A stretch of 63,994 bases of DNA from Selaginella moellendorffii. Its lineage: Eukaryota > Plantae > Lycopodiophyta. Below the pieces are notes generated by a model that had not been told where the DNA came from, searched no databases, and saw only the letters and a program-made list of their open reading frames with translations. The stretch lies in contig NW_003314335.1 in the NCBI RefSeq assembly GCF_000143415.4, positions 870,661 to 934,654 of the forward strand, read 5' to 3'. The position numbers were made by a program, and so were the translations under genes. Positions 12,798 to 25,200 of this stretch are shown one piece after another (position 1 is the first letter of the stretch; the number at the start of each line of letters is the position of its first letter).

Positions 12798-15608
12798 ATG
12801 GGATGCTGGAGGGCACTGGACGAAGCTGTCGAGCAGCTACACCAGCACGAGCCAGGAAAGCTTTTCGGTGCTTACAACACACTGATTCGAGAGTGTGGCA
12901 ATGCCAGGTCGCTCTCTCATGGCAGGCAAGTCCACCAGCATATTGTTTCGACTGGGTATGGGGGGAATCAAGCACTGGGTGATCTGCTCGTCCAGATGTA
13001 TGGAAGGTGTGGAAGCGTTCAAGATGCAAAGGCCACCTTCGACCAGCTACCCAGCAGGCAAGCTTCGTCTTGGAACTTCATGGTCAGAGCTTACGCACAG
13101 CAAAGGGATACCACCACAGAAGCGTTCGATGTTTTCGATCAGATGGTCTCTCAGGAACAACAGGTTGACGGATCCACTTTAGCGAGAGTTCTTGCTCTGT
13201 GCCGCGGGCTCGGGGATCTAGAACGAGGCAAAGCACTTCACAAACAGGCTGTTAACTCTGGGCTTGCAAACAATCCAGTCGTTCAGAAGGCACTGGTAAG
13301 CATGTACTCCAAGTGCAAGGCTTTGGAGAAGGCTAAAGAAATCTTTGAGAAGAGCTCCAAGCGAGAACTGGGAGTATGGAACGCGATGATCGTCGGGTAT
13401 GCCCAGAATGGGCATCACTTAGAGGCACTGAAACTATACAAGAAAATGGAGCTGGAGCCAAACGGGGTGACGATCTCCAGCATTCTCGGTGCGTGCTCAA
13501 ACGTGGGAGAGCTTGAAGAAGGCAGGAAAATCTACGCGCGTGGGAAGCATTTAAAAGACTTGGTTGTCGATACTGCTGCTGTCAACATGTTTGGAAAGTG
13601 TGGAGATTTGGAGACTGCGAGGCAGATTTTCGATGGAATGGAGCTGAAGAACGAGGTGACGTGGAACTCTATGATGGCGGTCTATGTCTACCAGGGAAGA
13701 AGCCGGGACGCTCTTCATCTTTTTGAGAAGATGAAGTCCACAGGGATAAAACCATCCAGCTCTACATATGCTACGGTAGTTCATGCGTGCTCAGATCTCA
13801 ACGACGTCACAAAGGGAACGACCATCCACTCCGAGATTGTCAAGGCGAGCATTCGGCAAACATTGATCTTGCAAACCGCGCTGGTGACCTTGTATGTCAG
13901 GCTCGGGATGTTAGACTTCGCGAGGGGACTGTTTGACAAAATGGAAGAAAAGAACGTGGTGGTCTACAACGTGATGATCTCGGCACTTTCACAAAGAGGA
14001 CTTGGGAAGGAAGCTCTCGAGCTTTACAAGAAAATGGTTCACAAAGGTATTCGGCCCGAAGCTGCCACCTTTTGCAGTGCTCTTGGCGCTTGCTCGGGTG
14101 TGGATGATTTGGAGCAGGGAAAGTTGATTGAGTTGGACATCAAGGCTGACGAGTGTAAAACGGACGTGAGAGTTCTAAACGCGCTGATGAGTATGTACGG
14201 GAGGTGTGGAAACTTGGAAGCTGCCAAGGACATCTTTGACACTCGAGACGAAAGGGACGAAATCTCGTGGAACGCCATGATCGGTGCTTACGCGAAGAAC
14301 GGACAGGCTCGCAAGGCAGTCGATCTTTTCTATCAGATGGCAGAGCAGCAGGAGGTGGAAATGGGTGAAGTTACTTTCAGCACAGCCCTCTACGCATGCT
14401 CCATACTTGGGGAAGTTGACGAATGCAGGAAAATTCACAGGCTCTTGAGCACGAAGAAGAAGCTGGTGGCGAGTGTGGAGGTTAACGTATCGCTTATCAA
14501 CATGTACAGCGAGTGCCAAAGGCTGGACCTTGCTAGAGGTGTTTTCGAGAAGAACTCGTGGCCTTGTCCCGGCCCCTGGCTCTCGATGGTGGCGGCTCTC
14601 GTGAAGAACGGCCGGGGTGCAGAGGCTCTCGAGACCATGGAGAGAATGCAGCTAGAGGGATGGAAGCCCGAGGCTGTAACGTTTGGCCTGGTGCTAAGTT
14701 CGTGCTCGAGCTTGAGAGATGGACGGACCATCCACTCGATGGTGACAGACAATGGTTACGTGAGGCTCAGGCCTGTCGCGGACGGACTGCTGAGCATGTA
14801 TTCCAGGTGTGGTCAGCTCCAGCAGGCCAGAGAGATTTTCGACGGCATGGAAGCGAGATCGGTGGTGACTTGGACGCTCATGATCTCCGCTTACGAGCAG
14901 CGAGGACTGTCTAGAGAAGCGCTCGATCTGTTTTACGCGATGAAAGACGTCGAGTCGGACGACATTCTGTACTCGACTGTGTTTGGAGCCTGTGCCACTC
15001 TTGGAGTTTTAGCCGAAGGAAGAGCTATCCACGAGCAGATCAAGGAGAGAAAAGTCCAACTGGGGGTGTTTGGCGCTACAGGACTTATGAACATGTACGC
15101 AAAGTGTGGAAAGATCCAGATAGCTCGGGACGTGTTCGAGGAGATGAGAACTTTCAGGACTTACGTCTCGTGGACGTCCATTATCACTGCGTACTCCCAT
15201 CGTTCTCAAGCCGATGAAACTCTAGAACTCTCCAGGAGAATGGTCCAGGAAGGAGTGATGCCAGACGGGATTACCTTCATCAGCGTTTTGATGGCTACCA
15301 GCGAGAGCCCCGACTCAACGATGGAGAACTTCAGGTCCATGACTGGTGACTATTGCATCAAGCCAATGCTCGATCACTACGAGTGCTTGGTGGATGTCTT
15401 GAGCAGAGCTGGGTGGGCTCGAGAAGCGGAAGCTCTGGCTATGGCCATGCCTTTCACTCCCAGGCCTGTGACTTGGACAACGTTGCTGGGCGCTTGCAAG
15501 CTGCATGGAGAGACGAAGAGAGGGGTCGAGGCTGCAAGGAGTCTGCTGGAACTTGGTTTCGAGTGTTCGAGCTCTTACGTGCTACTGTCCAACTTAGTTG
15601 CTGGCTAG
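12798..15608 (+). CDS. PLS-class PPR protein (936 aa) with E domain, no DYW
   Basis: P-L-S triplets; ends HYECLVDVLSRAG...WTTLLGACKLHG...SSYVLLSNLVAG*. Confidence 0.93.
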   Translation: MGCWRALDEAVEQLHQHEPGKLFGAYNTLIRECGNARSLSHGRQVHQHIVSTGYGGNQALGDLLVQMYGRCGSVQDAKATFDQLPSRQASSWNFMVRAYAQQRDTTTEAFDVFDQMVSQEQQVDGSTLARVLALCRGLGDLERGKALHKQAVNSGLANNPVVQKALVSMYSKCKALEKAKEIFEKSSKRELGVWNAMIVGYAQNGHHLEALKLYKKMELEPNGVTISSILGACSNVGELEEGRKIYARGKHLKDLVVDTAAVNMFGKCGDLETARQIFDGMELKNEVTWNSMMAVYVYQGRSRDALHLFEKMKSTGIKPSSSTYATVVHACSDLNDVTKGTTIHSEIVKASIRQTLILQTALVTLYVRLGMLDFARGLFDKMEEKNVVVYNVMISALSQRGLGKEALELYKKMVHKGIRPEAATFCSALGACSGVDDLEQGKLIELDIKADECKTDVRVLNALMSMYGRCGNLEAAKDIFDTRDERDEISWNAMIGAYAKNGQARKAVDLFYQMAEQQEVEMGEVTFSTALYACSILGEVDECRKIHRLLSTKKKLVASVEVNVSLINMYSECQRLDLARGVFEKNSWPCPGPWLSMVAALVKNGRGAEALETMERMQLEGWKPEAVTFGLVLSSCSSLRDGRTIHSMVTDNGYVRLRPVADGLLSMYSRCGQLQQAREIFDGMEARSVVTWTLMISAYEQRGLSREALDLFYAMKDVESDDILYSTVFGACATLGVLAEGRAIHEQIKERKVQLGVFGATGLMNMYAKCGKIQIARDVFEEMRTFRTYVSWTSIITAYSHRSQADETLELSRRMVQEGVMPDGITFISVLMATSESPDSTMENFRSMTGDYCIKPMLDHYECLVDVLSRAGWAREAEALAMAMPFTPRPVTWTTLLGACKLHGETKRGVEAARSLLELGFECSSSYVLLSNLVAG

Positions 15609-15669
15609 CTTCGTCAAAGCTCCACCGCAATCCCATACATCCAGGTAACTTACATCGTGTTTGAAAGCT

Positions 15670-17142
15670 TCATGTTTTTGTAATGTTTCCATGGATTTTA
15701 CAGGCAGCGACCAGAGATGTCCAAGCAACGTTATCAGGGAGCTGCTTAAACAAGTCGCGAGCCTCACTCACCCATCCTACTCTTCCAAACAGATCGCTCA
15801 AGCAGTGGTAATGTTCTTCGGAAGCTTTTAGTTCACATCCGTTTATCATGAAGCTAAAAAACTCGAGACTGTTCCGCAGGAGTCCCGCGTGGCTACACAC
15901 CGAGAAAATGACTGTGAACGTGAGATCGTTTGGCATCAGGCCCTCAACGCTCATCATCCGAAACAGGTAAATGGCTTGCTTGGAATCACCCAGGGAAGAA
16001 TAAGACGCGAGCATCACATTCCAGAGAATCGTGTCGCTGCGAGGAATAGTGTCGAAGATCTTCCTAGCATCCACCAGACTGCCACAGCGAGCATACGACT
16101 CGAGAAGAGCTGTAGCCACTTTCATCTCGGATCGAAGCTCGGAGCTCACAATTCTAGCGTGGATCGACTTTACCTCCGCCAGATCGAAGTTCACGCCATC
16201 CAGCAAGCTAACGAAGGTAACAACATTTGGAGCGATGGAAAACTTACTCTCCATTTCCGTGAACGCAGTGAGAGCTTCTCTCTTCAACCCGTGACTGGCG
16301 TATGCCCCAATCAGAGTGTTCCAGGACACAACATCTCGATTTGGAATCCTTTGGAAGAGATCGAGAGCTTCGTGGAGGTAACCATTTTGAGAGTACGCTG
16401 CGAGCATTGCATTCCAGGAAATCTCATTCTTCTCTGGCATTGTATCAAACATATGCTTCGCAGTTTCCACGTCTCCAAACTTGGCATGCATGTTGAGTAG
16501 CGCTGTTGCAACCATAACTTTGGTTTGTAAGCCATGGCTTTGGATGCACGAGTGGATGATTCTTCCATCTCTCTTTGCAAGACAGTTTGCGCAAACTTCC
16601 ACAATGACGAGGAAGGTGAGCTCTGTCGGAGGAAATCCCTCCAAATCCATAAGCTTGAAGATAGCCAAAGCTCTCTCGCCATGCCCATTCCGGGCATACG
16701 TACTCAAGAGAGAATTCCAAGAGATTGAGTCCTTGCAAGACATTCTATCAAACAATGATTTTGCTTTTTTCACATCACCTTGTTGCGAGTACGCTGTTAT
16801 CATAGTGTTCCAAGTTGTTGCATTCTTTGCCACCGCCTTTTCGAACAACACTTGTGCTTCATCAATATGCCCAGATTGGGCATATGCGGCAATCATAATA
16901 TTCCACGAGAAAACATTCGTGAAACAAATTTTATCGAACACCCTGCGTGCGCTGCTCAAGTTGCCACACCTCCCAAACGCCTGGACAAGCAAATTTCCCA
17001 AAAAGGTGTTGGAAATCCTACCATTGTCATCCGAGATGTGGGCATTTAACTTGCGAAGAGAGGAGTCCTGCTTTGAGATTCCACACTGTTTAATGATCAA
17101 TGCAAGTTCTTTCTTTAACTCTACTTTGGATTGTGAGGCCAT
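15670..17142 (-). CDS. PLS-class PPR protein (490 aa), truncated in the E region
   Basis: PPR motifs; ends HYHCLSDLFGRVG...AWTSLVAACKIHGNITKT*. Confidence 0.9.
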   Translation of the reverse strand: MASQSKVELKKELALIIKQCGISKQDSSLRKLNAHISDDNGRISNTFLGNLLVQAFGRCGNLSSARRVFDKICFTNVFSWNIMIAAYAQSGHIDEAQVLFEKAVAKNATTWNTMITAYSQQGDVKKAKSLFDRMSCKDSISWNSLLSTYARNGHGERALAIFKLMDLEGFPPTELTFLVIVEVCANCLAKRDGRIIHSCIQSHGLQTKVMVATALLNMHAKFGDVETAKHMFDTMPEKNEISWNAMLAAYSQNGYLHEALDLFQRIPNRDVVSWNTLIGAYASHGLKREALTAFTEMESKFSIAPNVVTFVSLLDGVNFDLAEVKSIHARIVSSELRSEMKVATALLESYARCGSLVDARKIFDTIPRSDTILWNVMLASYSSLGDSKQAIYLFRMMSVEGLMPNDLTFTVIFSVCSHAGLLRNSLEFFSFMINGCELKASEEHYHCLSDLFGRVGWVSEARDLFKQLPDNVAWTSLVAACKIHGNITKT

Positions 17143-17879
17143 TCTGTTACCATCTCTTGCTTTTATGAACCACCTTTTTTTGCAAACTCAACAAATTGTT
17201 TAAGTAATGTAGACCAAAAGTATGCTTCTCTCCCAGTGCGAGCTACAAATATGTTGGATTCGAAGACGCTCTTTCCCCAATTCACAAGGAGATGCTCGTT
17301 GCCATCAGGTGGCACTAGAAATCCTGGAATTCCACTCAGTCTGGCTGTCCCAGAGCTGATGGCCTGGCTGTGCCAGGAGCAATCACCTCTGGGACGCTAC
17401 ATTCACCAGTATGTAATATTGGCAAAGAATGAGGGAAATCTTGGAATTCCACTCATATTATGTAAATGTGTTAAATCCCAAGATGAATATATGAATTACT
17501 AGAGGAAGCCTGTGCAGGAAATTATAGAACATTTTGCTAAAGACATCATAGCCAAGAAAATCGTAGAAGCTGACTCACACCTTGGAAAGGTTGTGCTTAA
17601 TTTTGCTGTAGATGTGACATATGCTAAAAATTCGAATTTCTACTAAAGAAACAAAGCCAAAAACTCAACCTAATAACTAGATTTTATAAGTCCCTTCACA
17701 ATGACTAGCTAGGGAAACAAGCATATCCTGAAAAATGGGCGTAGAAAAGCATGAGATATTCTAATCTTGTTTGAATGTTAAATCTTTTTTAGGATTTGAA
17801 TTATTACCCAGATTTGACCACATTAAACCAAAAAGGAAATTTTATCAGATTCTATATTCAAAGTGATGAATACAACATG

Positions 17880-19130
17880 TGCATATCTTAATTACTGATG
17901 AAATAAATTTAATTAATATTAATTTCAAATACTTATATTAGATATACTTATATACCTTGATATATTGGTAATCACCAGTTTATAGAAGACTCATTTTTAA
18001 GCCCAGAAATGGCTAATAAGTTTGGTTTTATTATTGGCTCTAATTATTTTTATAAAAAATAAATTCTATTATTTCAATATTATTTTTAGTTTAAAAATAA
18101 AGTGTTTCACAAATTTTTAGTTAATAAAATTAGAGTATTCTAATTACATCATTTCTTTCTCTAGAACATAATTTATTAAAATGATTAATTACCAGATATA
18201 ATAGTATAAAAAGATTAACTAATAATAAATACCAAATCAAACATATTTTATATATAATATTAAATAGTATTTATTTTTTAAATTTTAATTTTAATTTATA
18301 ACTGATATATTTGCTAATATTTATAAAAACCTAATATTGAAGACATTCATATATTATACTAAAAACATACATACCATGAGTAATTATCGCATAAAGTTGT
18401 TACAAATATTTTGCATAATAAGTTTTAGTTTTTTATATTATAATTTTATTATACACATCAGCCAAAAACTATTATAATGTTTTTGATAAGGATGTGTGAT
18501 TTATAACTCAAACATGAATACAAATTTGTGTTCATATTTAATTATATAATTACATGTGGGAGTACTCCGATTGGCGATGTATTCTGGTACTTATAACTCA
18601 TAATCCTTTAAGACGAGCTGATTAGGAGAATGAAACTTTCAGATCAATTTTGTAGCTTGTTCTGATTTATATCTATATTTTATTAGTTTTATTAAAATAA
18701 AATTTTAGAAATTTTTATAATAATCATTTTGTTCTTCTCTATTTTTTATTCTAGAAATATCAATAAAGAACTTGAATTCAAAACATTTAATAATAAGAAA
18801 ACAGTAAAATAAAAATATATAGTGAAATCATGAATGTTTAAAATTTATAATAATAAATAAAATATTACAAAGTCATGTAAAACTTAGTCTCTAGGTTTAA
18901 CTTAGTTCACTTTATTCGTTAGTGAATTATAAGTAATTTATGAAATATTAAATATAAAAGTTTTAGTCACTTTTCTTAAACTATTAAATATAAATAATAA
19001 ATTTATATATTTAATTTTTAAATATAACTAAATATACTATTTGTTTTGACCTATTTAATGTTATTTGAAATCTTTTTTGTTGAACTATATGAGATAGTTA
19101 TTTTAACAAGAACTTTAGCAAAGCTGGAAA
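17880..19130. other. Extremely AT-rich non-coding tract
   Basis: Visibly almost all A/T, no ORFs of 60 aa or more, abrupt change from the flanking genes. Confidence 0.8.
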
Positions 19131-19246
19131 ATGTTAGATTTCAACACCTGGCAGCACAGCATTTGCTGGCCAATTGTTTGCCAAGACAAAAATTATAAAT
19201 TTTCTTTCAGAGAAGATTACAGGCAACAAACTTCATGTCGGAAGCC

Positions 19247-22200
19247 TTATTCTCTTCGCATAGAGGCTATGAGCCGCGTCGTCTGTTTGCGTCTCAGCAA
19301 GTGTACCAGCGTCGAGTGGAATTCCTCCGTCGACTCGCAAGAGTTGAGATGCAGCGTCACGTTTCTGAACGGTGATGGCGGCGCAAATCTGTTGCTGCTG
19401 CTGCTACTGCTGCTACTGCCGCCACCCCTGTACTGCTGGCTTACCTTGCTCGCCAGCAGCGCGTTTGGCGAGCAAAACAGCACGTCCAGATTGTTTTCCT
19501 CCCGATATATGTACAAAATGTCCTCCACGTTGTTCTCCGACAGCAGGCTCCACTCGCAGCCGCTCGACTCCAGCTCCTCCCCGCTGGTGCTCTTGACTTG
19601 GACGAGCAAGTTCTCCGTGAGGAGAACGAACACACCGCGCTCGAAGAGAGGCTGGCATGTTATGTATGTCTGCAGAGAAGAACAAAAGCACTAAGTTTCA
19701 AGCTTTTCTCTACACGAAGTTACCTCTTCTCTGAATCGGCCATCGTCGGCTTCTCGCAAAACCGCCGTGCCAAGTGCCTCGTTCCACGAATATGGGAGAA
19801 GTGGCGAGCCTGGCTCGAGGTGTCGAGGAAGCCTGAGGCGCATGATTCTCGGCTGGGAAGGCTGGCTGCTGTTTCGGATGCTTTGAGCTGTTTTTCCAGC
19901 CACTTCGAGCATACTCGCCGCCGGTCTGGCCACGGCTCTTATCACACCGACAGCCATTCCTACGAAAAAAGATGCAGTGTTAAGAGGTGTTTAGAACCGA
20001 CTTGGGATATCCAACCTGAAAAGACGCCAGGAATTCCATGCCTCTCTGCCCCCCTCACGGAGGATTGGAGTAGACCTGTCAATCCCTCCAAAAACTCGTT
20101 GACAATGCTGCTGTCTCGAGACCACTGGTTCTCGCCTTCGTTCATGTAGTCTTGATCAAGCGCCAGAGCCGCCATTCCCTGTAGCAAATGATCGATAACG
20201 TAAGAAACAGTTAAGCAACGACAAAACCACGAACCTTGCGAGCTGCCTTGCTCATTTGCGTGGCTGCATTGCTAAATGCAAAAACTGTATTTCTAAACAA
20301 ACTCCTCGTTCCTACTGTAACACCCTGTACAATTTGTCCCGGATTCTGCAGTGATCGAGCTATGCTTAATGGACAGAAACTAGTATGAGCAAAGTGGCGA
20401 ACTTTTACCTGTCTGATGCTTGTGGCAGGAGCGTGAACGAAATCCCACACACCAGATCCAAGGCTTCTCAAAAAGCTCATTGGATTCCCGAAAACATCCG
20501 CCGAGCCAAGAACCTGGAAGAATGCAACATATGAAACAGAACCTAGCAACGTAAAAAAAAGAGAACGCAAACCTTGTAGAGTTCGTGAAGCAGCTGGCGA
20601 GTATAGTGACGCTGTATGATTCCTAGGATTGAGTTCCAATTGGCCATGGGATGTGCCAACGTTAAATGACGAAGACGAATAGGTGCTCCTTCCACATCGG
20701 CCAAAGCAATCAGACGTCTCTGTGGGATTTTAAGAGTTAAAAAGCTTGCTTTACGGCACGAAAACAAAAGAGAATACCTGTACCAACGATCCTGTCACCC
20801 ATAACAGGGACTGTGCAGCTACACCACGGCTCTCCTTCGGAAGCCAGGGAATGCTTGAAAAGCTGCACATAAGAAAAGGGAACTTTCAAAAACAATGTTC
20901 AACTTGCAAAGAATCTCAGTGTTTTTACCTCACAGTAAGCTCCAGCGGGTCGATATGAAAAGCCTCAACGTAGACCTTCCTCCTCTGCTTGACAGAGATG
21001 ATGAGCTTCTGTGTCGGACCTTTGGCAGGCTCTACTGCGGCATTATCGGGCCATGTTTTGTAAGACTCAATAGGCTCCATCGTCTCGACGAATCTCAAGC
21101 TGCTCAGAACGTTTGAAGAACTACCCCATTCGGAGCGCTGTAACTTGAAAGACATAGATTTCTCGGTTCCCGTAGCAGACCCTCCAACAAAAAGACCTTT
21201 GAAAAGTCCCAACAGGCAGGTTAAGTTGCGTTCTTCCAACTGTAGACGCAATGGAGCAATGCTGTAAGATAACACATTGTAAGAAATATCACAATGCTCG
21301 CACAACTCAGTACCTCAAGTAGATGCATTGGTAGCAATGAACCGAGCCGATTGGATGCCTCCATTTTGAGACAATAGCAGAGAGTGCGGGGTTCTCGCTC
21401 TTCTCCTGTGCTAACTGTCGAGACGAGTTCCATTCACTGCTTATTATGTCTCTCATCAAGATGCCCGAAGACTTCGCCGTAGAAAGTAGGACGGGATAAA
21501 TGGCATGGCGGAGTTGGTTGTCGACTTGCAGCAATGCGATTTCCATTTTCATCTTCTGCTCCAACTGAGTTTGGAAAAACTGCAACTCAAAGCCTCTAGC
21601 TGATGCCAAAGCAAGTTCCTGCCAATAATTTTCGAGTCATATCAGTAGCGACACACATAGAGCAGTACCTGGGGAGTGGTGTCCACAAGCGAGATTGCGA
21701 TAGATGCCAGTTTCAAAGAAAAATCTTGTGAAGAACCCTTTCTGGAATCTCTGAAAGTCTCTTCTATGCGAGGATTTAGCATTCGTAAGTCCTTTGTGGT
21801 ATGGAGAAGTAAGTCGACAACGCTAAGGACCTGATAAATGCAAGTCAAATGAATAGATGGATATTACAAAATTGCTTACTCTTCTTGAAGCCTCTGCATG
21901 CACAGAAACAACAAAACGGCCCTCTGGTTTCTGTAAAATCCCACACGAACCATTTGATCGCAAACAGTGATATTAAATTGTCTTACAAACCTGTCCAGAA
22001 GCATGGAACTGGATGGACGGATAAGACTTGACAACGTCCAGTGGATATGTTCCAAGAGTTCCTTCGCCTGGAACCTACAACGGGAATCAAAGACAGAAAA
22101 ACAATGCTGAGAGATAGTAGTGAAGACTAGAAAGCTTTACCTCAATGACAAGCTGTGGAGGCAGGCAAGGCTCATCCCAAGCATAGTCACACGAACTATA

Positions 22201-25200
22201 AGGCTGCAACACGTTCTCAGTTTTCTCGCACTTCTTCTGGTAGAATCTCAGCTTCTGATATAAAAACAGAGAACATAAACACAGCTAAACACGACACAAG
22301 CCAGCATACAAACCTCCTTCGAAAAGTTGTCGATTCGATAAGGCATGAAGCCTGTTTCATCATTTGTCACGATGATATAGAACGTCCCGAGCCTGTCATT
22401 TCCCGAACCAATGCTGTCACCCGCGGCATTTGCGTCGCTGACCACCACCCGAAGCATCTCTTTCACACCAGTCAAATGGTTGTAAACTTTAACTTGGGTG
22501 TCTCCAAGCCGATCAAGTGCAAATCCGCCAGACCAATCCCAGCCGTGCTCGTTGTACCGCAAAGACAACAGCAGAGTTCTGCACAAGAAAAAAATGATAA
22601 GTTTCCATCTACAATGCAAAAATGTTATGACCTGGTTGTATCAGTCCAGTGGACGTTAATGTTTTGTCCAACAGCTAGGGGATAAAAAATATCAGTGCCT
22701 TGCTGCTTAAAACAGATATCTTGTCGAGATGCGTTTGCCAGAACAAATCTGAAAAAAAAAAAAATTAGAGTTGACGTGATAATGAGCTTATGCCTGGTTT
22801 ACCTTGGCCTGAAAGTTACGGTTTTAGTTTTCCCTGAACAGCTTCCCATTGCAGGGATAGAGGTGATCGAAAGAACGTATGCCCCTTTACCAGTCGGTTT
22901 GGGAATGACTATAGGAGCATTCCCACCCGGTGGATCGAGTAGAAATGGTTGCGACCAAAATGGTGTGGTAGACTCCAAAAGTTGAGCAGCACGTAACCGC
23001 ATTTTGCTTTCACCAACTTCGCGAGTAGTGGGAGAATATATGCGTGCAAGCGGCAGAACGGAATCGTTGCAATGACTGTCAGCGGCTGCTGGTGATGTTT
23101 CTGCCGCTGGAGTAAAAATTTTGCACGAAGGCAAGTGCGAGAGCATTCGGCCAGATTGATTTCGGCCGGTGGAAGTCGCGATAAGCGACTGTATACCCTG
23201 AGCTTCCGTCGCAGCTGCTGTGCCTCCGGCGCTGTATGTATCAGGAAGGCTCTGCTCTTTGGCGACATGTACGTCCACTTCCCCGTCCAGAAAAGATAAG
23301 TTCAACCCGCTGCAGTTGTAAATCCAGTAAGGAACGATCAAAGAGAGTCTGCGTGCCCCGCTTCTGAGATCCGTCACCTTATCAACCCGTGCATAAACAG
23401 GAAGACCTGACCAATACAATAAGTTAGACCAAGAAAAGGATACAAACATAAAATTCACCTGAAGGATTTTCGGGATCAAAGATGGTCATTTCATCGTTGA
23501 TAGGCCTTTCTGTTCTTTCCACTCTATCTCTAGATGCAGCGCGTCCGAACTTGACAGTTCTCGGTAAGAAGCTAGAGATAGTAGCTTTTATGTTCAGGTC
23601 ATGCACGACGTCCACCTCGTAAAAGAAGCCAGAATCGCCCTGGAGTTTTTACCAGCAAACCTTATATCATTTTAGCTTGTAGAAGCCAAGCATACCTTTG
23701 GGATGGACGTATGAGCATTCACTCCAGCACCACTTTCGACGATCACGTCCATGGCGCATGGAAGACAATTCATAATAACAAGTGGAGCCTGAAGCAAAAC
23801 GTTCCACATCTTCCATCCTGCTGACTGCTCTGAGGTTACTGGAAGCTTGTCTGACGAAGACTTTGAAGCATATATTGCAGCCGACACTTCCTTCTCCTCC
23901 ACACTGACGCAACAGCGGAATGGACCTTGGCTGGGCCGAGCTGGATAGCAGACGAATGGTCGCTGTGACGCCCCGCGATAGTTCGTCGATAGCAACTTTG
24001 ACAAAGGTTGTGCTTCGCTCCAAAGATAATCCTTCTTGTAGGGACGCCAGCTAATGCGGCCGGTTTCTGCCAGGTGAACAGGGAGCGGGATGACTTCACT
24101 GGGAAGAATCGGGTTCATTATCTGGAAACAAAAAGAAACAATCAAGTTTCAAAGAACGAACATAACGGCCTTACCTTCGGAGCAATGCCGAAAGGTATTT
24201 CCAGACGAACTTCCATAGGAACAGACGTAGAATTCGCGACAGTAACCTTAAGAAGAAAACAAAATAAAGAAGAAAAACAAGTCAGATTGTCAAAGAAAAA
24301 CAAGGAGGAAAAACTTACAGTCGAATGCAATCTTATAAGCTTGCTATGATGTTGAAGAGAAACTTCAAGCACGGCATGCGTGCTGAACTGCTTCCCCTCA
24401 TCGCTTCTGTCGGTTTCTTTGCCCGAGAATGAAACTTCGAAAGCTCGGCGGCCAACTAAGTCGATGGACATAGGAAGAGAAGCTCCGGACGTCCCTTCAA
24501 GACGGACTCGTATTCTTCGATGTGACATGAGTCCAATTTTCTTTTGTTCCGAAACCCGGCTGGAGATCCAGCGAGCCTTTTTCTTGTAACGTATAGAACC
24601 TTCGTCTTCACTCACAAACAAAGGTACCGATGACCCAGCAAGAACCGTTCGCCATTGCCAAGTTGAATCGTTCTCTAGGCTCTTATCTCCATTCCAACCA
24701 GGCCAGATGAGAGAGTATGAGACCGTCATGCCTGTATCGTTCTGGAACCAGTATGGCGCATACTGGGAGAAAACGTTCTGTTGTAAGCTCTCCACTACGT
24801 GACGTTGTAAGTCCAGTATCCGGTTGGAGGTAATCATTTCTAAAGCCCGAGTGCTTGCCTAAAGATAAAAGCTTGACGAACATAAGATACTAACCGAATT
24901 TCTAAACACAAACCTGCGACAAAGCTTCTGTCACGTTGATATTGAGATTATTCGCCGATTCTATCTCCACTTTTGCGGCAGACTCAGCGAAATGAAAGCT
25001 ACCCGTAAACCTCCATGGCTCAAGGAAAGGTTCCCACACAACCTGCGTAAAGTATTATAACCGAGTAAAAAAACGTAAATACAATGGTCACCTTCTCAAT
25101 GTTGTGGTAGCTTATTTCTGTGACAGTCGACGCCAGAATGTCGACACTTCCCCGACTAAAAGATAGCTCCAAAAATGTTTTCTCAAAAATCACTTCCATA

